A stretch of DNA of 64,000 bases, from assembly GCA_947259725.1 (NCBI GenBank), contig CAMYNM010000001.1:136190-200189 (forward strand), given 5' to 3'. The stretch comes from Thermoanaerobaculia bacterium (GTDB lineage: Bacteria; Acidobacteriota; Thermoanaerobaculia; Multivoradales; JAHEKO01). The notes under the pieces were generated by a model. It was not told the DNA's origin. It ran no database searches and worked only from the letters and a program-made list of their open reading frames with translations. Both the position numbers and the translations under genes were made by a program. Shown one piece after another: positions 58,894-64,000 of the stretch; positions within the stretch are counted from its first letter, which is position 1, and every line of letters starts with the position of its first letter.

Positions 58894-61296
58894 ATGCCGA
58901 GCGCATCCGTCGATCACCGGCCCTCGGGACCACGGCCGCAAGCGACCCGCTGGGTACGCCGAGTGGTGCCCGTGCTCGTGCTGGGCTTCTTGGGAGCGCT
59001 CCTGGGCGTCGGTTTCGCCTCGGTTATCAACATGCCTCGAGTGGAGTCGATCGCGGATTTCACGCCCGGCCAGATCACCCAGCTGTACGACAGCCAGGGC
59101 GAGCTCTTCGCGTCGTTCGCGAAGGAGCGCAGAGTTCTCCTGCAGGAGGGCGACGTGCCCGAACTGATCGAGAAGGCGGTGTTGGCGGCCGAGGACCGCA
59201 ACTTCCTGCAGCACGGTGGAGTCGATGCAGAGGGAGTCCTTCGAGCCGTGCTCCGCAATCTCACGAGCGGCCGAGGCAAGGCCTTCGGTGGTTCGACCAT
59301 CACCATGCAGCTCGCGCGACGGCTCTTTCTGAGTCCACAGAAGCTCTGGAAACGCAAGATCGAGGAGGCGTTGCTGGCGGTCGAGCTCGAGAAGAACTTC
59401 AGCAAAGAGCAAATCCTGACGCTCTATTGCAACTTCATGTTCCTCGGCCACGGTAACTACGGCATGGAATCCGCCGCGCGCTCGTACTTCGGCAAGGGCG
59501 CGGCGGAGCTCGACGCCGCCGAAGCGGCTACCCTGGTCGGAATACTCCAACGGCCGAGCGACTACAGCCCCTACAACCGGCCCGATTTGGTGGTGCAGAG
59601 GCGTGACTATGTCTTGCATCGGATGCTCGCCGAGGACTTCATCGACCAGGAGACTTTCGATGCCGCCATCGGCAAGCCGCTGCAGGTGCGCAGCGCCAGC
59701 CGCGAGCGCCAGCTGGCGCCCTACTTCGCCGAGGAGATCCGCAAGGGCCTCGAAGCGCGCCACGGCGCCAAGGCGGTTTTCGAGCAGGGCCTCCAAATCC
59801 AGACCACGCTCGACCGGCGAATTCAAGCGGCCGCCGAGGCGGCCCTGCGGTCCGGCCTGGCCAGGCTCGACCACAACAAGGGCTGGCGCGGAGCTCACGA
59901 TCGCCTCGAGCTCGGCGACGGGGATCCGTCCCTGGCGAGCTGGATCTCGGTGGACTACAAGCCGGGAGCCTGGAACGAGGGCGTCGTGACCGGTTTCGAA
60001 GGCGGCAATGCACGGGTGCGAATCGGAGAACGAGACTACCTGCTGCGACCCGAGGGGATGAAATGGACCCGGCGGGCGCGTCCTCGCGACATCCTGGCGA
60101 TCGGCGACGTCGCCTGGTTCAGGCTCCCTGACGAAGCGGGGTCGGGTCAGGTTTTTCTGGAGCAGGAGCCCGAGCTGGAGGGCGCGGCGCTGGTGATCGA
60201 GTCCGCGACCGGCGCCGTCCGCGCGATGGTCGGTGGCTGGAGCTTCGAGGACAGCAAGTTCAACCGGGCCACCCAGGCCCGCCGTCAGGTGGGATCCGCG
60301 TTCAAGCCGTTCGTCTTCGGAGCGGCGCTCGAGGCCGGCTTCACGCCCGCGGACACCTTCTTCGACGGCCCGGCCGCGTTCCCGGGACCGACCAACGAGC
60401 CGACCTACAGCCCGCGCAACTTCTATCGCACCTACTACGGCATCGCCACCATGAGAAGGGCGCTCGAGCTTTCAATGAACGTCACCGCGGTCAAGGTCCT
60501 CGATCTGGTCGGGGTGGAGCAGGTGATCGACTTTGCCCGCCGATCCGGAATCGAGTCCGAGATGCCGCCCTTTCCCAGCCTGGCGCTCGGGACCGCTGAT
60601 CTCACGCCGCTGGAGCTGACCGCGGCATATGCCTCGTTCCCGAATCAGGGCATCTATGTTCAGCCCTATCTGATCGAGAGCGTCGGTCTGCCGGACGGGC
60701 GCGTTCTGGAAGAGCACTCTACGCAAGCCCGCAAGGCTATGGAGCCCCAGATCGCCTACCTGCTGACCAACCTGCTCGCGGGCGTCGTCGATCGGGGTAC
60801 GGCGACCCTGGTCAAGGAGTTCGACCTCGATCTGGGCGGCAAGACCGGCACGACCGACGACTTCTCCGATGCCTGGTTCGTCGGTTTCAGTCCGCGCTAC
60901 ACGATGCTCACTTGGGTCGGCTACGACCTCAAAAAGCGAATCGGCAAGAACATGACCGGCGCTGTGGCCGCCCTGCCGATCTGGAAAGAGCTCATCGCGG
61001 CGGGCCTGCGCGACGGCTGGCTGACCTCCGAGGAGCGATTCAGCCGGCCGCCCGGTCTGTCCGACCTCGATGTCGAGTACTTCTCCGGCCTGGTGGCTCG
61101 GCCGGATTCGGAAAAGATCATTCACGAGGTCTTCATCCAAGGTACGGAGCCGGTCCTGCAGTACGATCCGAACTGGCAAAAGGTCTTCGTGCTGCCCTGG
61201 TACCAGCAGCGCGCCTACTACGTCGCCAAGGCCCGCGAGCGTATGCCCGAGGACGTCGAGGACTGGACGGCGATCCTCGAAGCCTGGGAAGAATAA
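58894..61296 (+). CDS. mrcA: penicillin-binding protein 1A (bifunctional transglycosylase/transpeptidase)
   Basis: GT51 motifs (EDRNFLQHGGVD, GGSTITMQLAR, RKIEEALLA) and transpeptidase motifs (SAFKPFVF = SxxK, SRN-like, KTGTT). Confidence 0.9.
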   Translation: MPSASVDHRPSGPRPQATRWVRRVVPVLVLGFLGALLGVGFASVINMPRVESIADFTPGQITQLYDSQGELFASFAKERRVLLQEGDVPELIEKAVLAAEDRNFLQHGGVDAEGVLRAVLRNLTSGRGKAFGGSTITMQLARRLFLSPQKLWKRKIEEALLAVELEKNFSKEQILTLYCNFMFLGHGNYGMESAARSYFGKGAAELDAAEAATLVGILQRPSDYSPYNRPDLVVQRRDYVLHRMLAEDFIDQETFDAAIGKPLQVRSASRERQLAPYFAEEIRKGLEARHGAKAVFEQGLQIQTTLDRRIQAAAEAALRSGLARLDHNKGWRGAHDRLELGDGDPSLASWISVDYKPGAWNEGVVTGFEGGNARVRIGERDYLLRPEGMKWTRRARPRDILAIGDVAWFRLPDEAGSGQVFLEQEPELEGAALVIESATGAVRAMVGGWSFEDSKFNRATQARRQVGSAFKPFVFGAALEAGFTPADTFFDGPAAFPGPTNEPTYSPRNFYRTYYGIATMRRALELSMNVTAVKVLDLVGVEQVIDFARRSGIESEMPPFPSLALGTADLTPLELTAAYASFPNQGIYVQPYLIESVGLPDGRVLEEHSTQARKAMEPQIAYLLTNLLAGVVDRGTATLVKEFDLDLGGKTGTTDDFSDAWFVGFSPRYTMLTWVGYDLKKRIGKNMTGAVAALPIWKELIAAGLRDGWLTSEERFSRPPGLSDLDVEYFSGLVARPDSEKIIHEVFIQGTEPVLQYDPNWQKVFVLPWYQQRAYYVAKARERMPEDVEDWTAILEAWEE

Positions 61297-61421
61297 ACAA
61301 AATTCTAAACTTGACCCGATTCAATGAAAGCCGGTACAGTCGAGGGGACGTCCCCGCCGATCACTCGCACTCGGCTAACTGCCCTTATCTAAAAGAGTTT
61401 CTCTCTGGAGGCCTGTCCCAA

Positions 61422-62846
61422 ATGCCTAGAATCCGAATCACTCTCGCTTTCCTCGCCGCCACTCTGTCCAGTCTTCCGGTTCTGGCTTTTTCCGAGAGCC
61501 GCGTCGAGTCCTTCATCATCAGCGACGGCAAACACCCGGCCGCGTATCAGCACGCGTTCGTCGTGCCCCAGGACAGCGCAGGTGACGTGTACGCCTGCAT
61601 GGGATACGGCACCGACGGCAAGAACGCCGATACCGGCTCCTTCCGAGGAACGGTGCGGATCAGCCGGCTCGATCCCGATACCGGCGAGGTCGCCGTCCAG
61701 AAGCTGCGCAAGCGCGGGAGCCTGAGCAAGAACAAGTGGCTTCGCTGCGTCCATGCCGGACCGGTTCGGCAGGGCGACACGGTGGTGTGGGAGTATCAAT
61801 TCCTGGGATTCCCCCGTCCGCGTGGTGCCGCGATTCACATTCGCAGCAGTATCGGCACGGATCGGATGCTGATCAGCAAGATCCGCGGCCCCGAGGCCAC
61901 AGGAAGTCTCGGCGAACCGACCGAGGTCCATCATCGAGTCCGGACCAATGCGACCGGAGCCGGCAAGCACCCGAAGACCTGGCAGCAGGCCTTTGTCGTG
62001 GCGGCCACCCACGTCGCGGAACGGGTCGAGCTCTGCTTCGGATACGGCAACGACTTCAAAAAGGACGGCACGGGTTCCTTCCGGGCCACGGCCGAGATCA
62101 CTCGCACCGATCCCGACACCGGAGAGGTCACGGTCCAGAGAATCAAAGGCGAAGATGACCTGACCGAGAACAAAGCCAAGAGTTGCCGCGATATCGACCG
62201 GGTGCGCCTCGGGGACACGTTGGTCGTCGACTGGGAGTTTTTCGGCTTCCCGAGGATCCGGGACGACATCTGGCAGACCAAGATCGGAATCGGGCCGCGG
62301 GTGATGGCGAATCGAGAGATCTACGGACCGGCGCCCCCTCCACCCGCACCGCCGGCACCTGGACCGGGAGGCGGCCCGGGTCCGGACGATGATCCGTTCC
62401 CCAACCCCGGTGGCAACATCTCGGCAGCGGATCAGATCGCGGTGTCCTCACTGATGTACAAATCCGTGAGAACCCAGCTCTGGCGGTTCAAGGGCAATCA
62501 GCCGGAACGCTGGACGGTCATCGGGCCAAAGACCCAGCTCGGCACGGGTCTCGGTGGCGTCAACCCGAACACGACCGGCTACGGCGCCACGATTGCGGCC
62601 GCCGTTGCGGACTACGAACGGAAGATGGGCAAACTGCCCGCGGGCAGCGGCATCAGCGCGAGCGACGTCTCGTCCCTGGAGTGGTACCAGAAGATGAACA
62701 CCGCGGGCGGTCCCACCTCGATCCGGCGGGACGGTGGCGGCGGCTTCCACGGCGAGTACTACCGGCCTGGCCCGGGCTCGGTCGTGATTGGAGGCTTCGG
62801 CGGAATCACCGCTGTGGTCAACTGGTTCAAGTCGCAGGGACTCTAG
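61422..62846 (+). CDS. secreted protein with internally duplicated ~130-aa Cys-containing domain, Pro-rich linker and C-terminal Gly-rich domain (hypothetical)
   Basis: Signal peptide MPRIRITLAFLAATLSSLPVLAFS. Repeat 1 (…AYQHAFVVPQDS…CMGYGTDGKNADTGSFRGTVRISRLDPDTGEV…FLGFPRPRG…) parallels repeat 2 (…TWQQAFVVAATH…CFGYGNDFKKDGTGSFRATAEITRTDPDTGEV…FFGFPRIRDD…). Linker PAPPPPAPPAPGPGGGPGPDDDP. The track ORF 60912.. is a read-through artefact; ATG 61422 has TGGAGG upstream. Confidence 0.7.
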   Translation: MPRIRITLAFLAATLSSLPVLAFSESRVESFIISDGKHPAAYQHAFVVPQDSAGDVYACMGYGTDGKNADTGSFRGTVRISRLDPDTGEVAVQKLRKRGSLSKNKWLRCVHAGPVRQGDTVVWEYQFLGFPRPRGAAIHIRSSIGTDRMLISKIRGPEATGSLGEPTEVHHRVRTNATGAGKHPKTWQQAFVVAATHVAERVELCFGYGNDFKKDGTGSFRATAEITRTDPDTGEVTVQRIKGEDDLTENKAKSCRDIDRVRLGDTLVVDWEFFGFPRIRDDIWQTKIGIGPRVMANREIYGPAPPPPAPPAPGPGGGPGPDDDPFPNPGGNISAADQIAVSSLMYKSVRTQLWRFKGNQPERWTVIGPKTQLGTGLGGVNPNTTGYGATIAAAVADYERKMGKLPAGSGISASDVSSLEWYQKMNTAGGPTSIRRDGGGGFHGEYYRPGPGSVVIGGFGGITAVVNWFKSQGL

Positions 62847-63011
62847 GTCCGCGGCTCGCGCGATCAGCGATCTCAGAGCCGGAGCGGTCCTTGTGACCGC
62901 TCCGGCCTTTTTCTTGCCCTCGGTAAGAGCCGGGAGGTTTCGAAGTCCAGGTCCGAAAACGGCCAGACTCGGGCGCGCCCGGCGTGTAGGCTCGTGCAGC
63001 CAACCGAAGGA

Positions 63012-64000
63012 ATGGAGATGCGACTCGACCCAGGAATCTGCGAACGCGCCCGGCTCTCGCGTGATGCCCGCTTCGACGGCCGGTTCTTTGTCGGCGTGGT
63101 GACGACCGGGATTTTCTGCCGCCCGATCTGCCCGGCCTCACCTCCACGAGCCGCCAACGTGCGCTACTTCCCCTCCGCGGCGGCGGCGACGCGCGCCGGG
63201 CTGCGCCCGTGTCTGCGCTGCCGGCCGGAGGCGGCGCCGGGCACCCCCGCCTGGGCCGGAACCTCGGCCACCGTCGCCCGAGCCCTCCGGCAGCTCGAGA
63301 GCGGCGCTCTCGAGGACGGCGGCGTCGCCGAGCTGGCCCGCAGGGTCGGGGTCGGTCCGCGTCATCTCAATCGGCTGTTTCACAAGCACCTCGGCGCGTC
63401 TCCGATCGCGGTCGCCCAGACTCGACGCCTCCTGTTCGCCAAGAAGCTCCTCGACGAGACCGGCCTGAAGATCGCCGACGTCGCGCTGTCCTCGGGCTTC
63501 GGCAGCGTTCGGCGCTTCAACGATGTCGTCAAGAGCACCTACGACCGGACTCCCAGCGAACTGCGCCGGGCGCGCCGGCCACGCGAACGGCCCGGAACGG
63601 GGGCCCTGACCCTGTTGCTCCCCTACCGGCGCCCATTCGACTGGAGCTCTCTTCTCGCCTTCCTGGGTCCGAGGGCGATTCCGGGGATCGAGGAGGTCCG
63701 CTCCGGAACCTACCGACGCAACATAGCCCTCAGCGACGCCCATGGCCGACTCGAGATTCGGCATGAGCCTCGGCGCAGCGCTCTCTCGATGACCGTCGAG
63801 TTCCCGGACACGACGGCACTTCTCGAGATCACCGCACGGGTCCGCCGCTTGTTCGATCTCGAAGCCGACCCTGCCGAGATTGGCCGCCGGCTGGCGGCGA
63901 GCAGCCTGCTGCAAGAGTTGGTTCGCAACAGGCCCGGACTGCGCGTTCCGGGAGCCTGGGACGGGTTCGAGCTGGCTGTGCGAGCGATTCTGGGCCAGCA
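63012..64000 (+). CDS. Ada-type regulatory protein fused to AlkA N-terminal/HhH-GPD glycosylase (Ada zinc finger + AraC HTH + DNA-3-methyladenine glycosylase II), 3'-truncated by window end
   Basis: FCRPICP…RPCLRCRP (Ada N-terminal Cys4 methylphosphotriester acceptor), AraC-type HTH (VAELARRVGVGPRHLNRLF…SSGFGSVRRFND), then an AlkA N-terminal domain and the start of HhH-GPD (PGAWDGFELAVRAILGQ). Confidence 0.8.
   Translation, partial: MEMRLDPGICERARLSRDARFDGRFFVGVVTTGIFCRPICPASPPRAANVRYFPSAAAATRAGLRPCLRCRPEAAPGTPAWAGTSATVARALRQLESGALEDGGVAELARRVGVGPRHLNRLFHKHLGASPIAVAQTRRLLFAKKLLDETGLKIADVALSSGFGSVRRFNDVVKSTYDRTPSELRRARRPRERPGTGALTLLLPYRRPFDWSSLLAFLGPRAIPGIEEVRSGTYRRNIALSDAHGRLEIRHEPRRSALSMTVEFPDTTALLEITARVRRLFDLEADPAEIGRRLAASSLLQELVRNRPGLRVPGAWDGFELAVRAILGQ

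Overview
High-GC (~65-67%) bacterial chromosomal segment with one ncRNA and about 50 protein-coding genes. By eye there are no rRNA, tRNA or CRISPR features and no integrase or transposase. Most calls rest on motif recognition against remembered family sequences, so starts and functions need profile searches to confirm. Positions ~26-59 kb form a single co-directional (minus-strand) block of core genes: GT4/GT2 glycosyltransferases, family-4 UDG, rpoZ-gmk-yicC, msbA-lpxB, ihfB-rpsA, queG, a MutS-like ATPase, a YcaQ/AlkZ glycosylase, cmk, rluB, scpB-scpA, trpS, an M50 protease, recG, a cNMP/FHA protein, ldcA, RNase P RNA (rnpB), a J-domain/TPR protein, uvrC and uvrB. This is followed by PBP1A, a secreted tandem-repeat protein and a partial Ada-AlkA fusion. 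The left third (1-24 kb) is more accessory-like: (i) a two-domain macro-like + NDT/TIR-like protein beside a B12-binding radical SAM gene broken by two +1 frameshifts; (ii) a 1077-aa secreted S8/PA subtilase; (iii) two Hanks-type Ser/Thr kinases; (iv) a convergent cluster of lipolytic/hydrolytic envelope proteins (a ~1000-aa multi-TM patatin-like phospholipase, a ComEC-like metallo-beta-lactamase (MBL)-fold hydrolase preceded by an out-of-frame Tat signal peptide ORF, a tandem alpha/beta-hydrolase with a C-terminal TM anchor, and a secreted hypothetical) next to radC; (v) a thrC-like / class-C beta-lactamase-like / thiolase / SDR gene group. The macro/NDT-like protein with its decayed radical SAM partner and the membrane lipase cluster are the best candidates for undescribed biology. 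Many long antisense ORFs in the six-frame track are high-GC artefacts.
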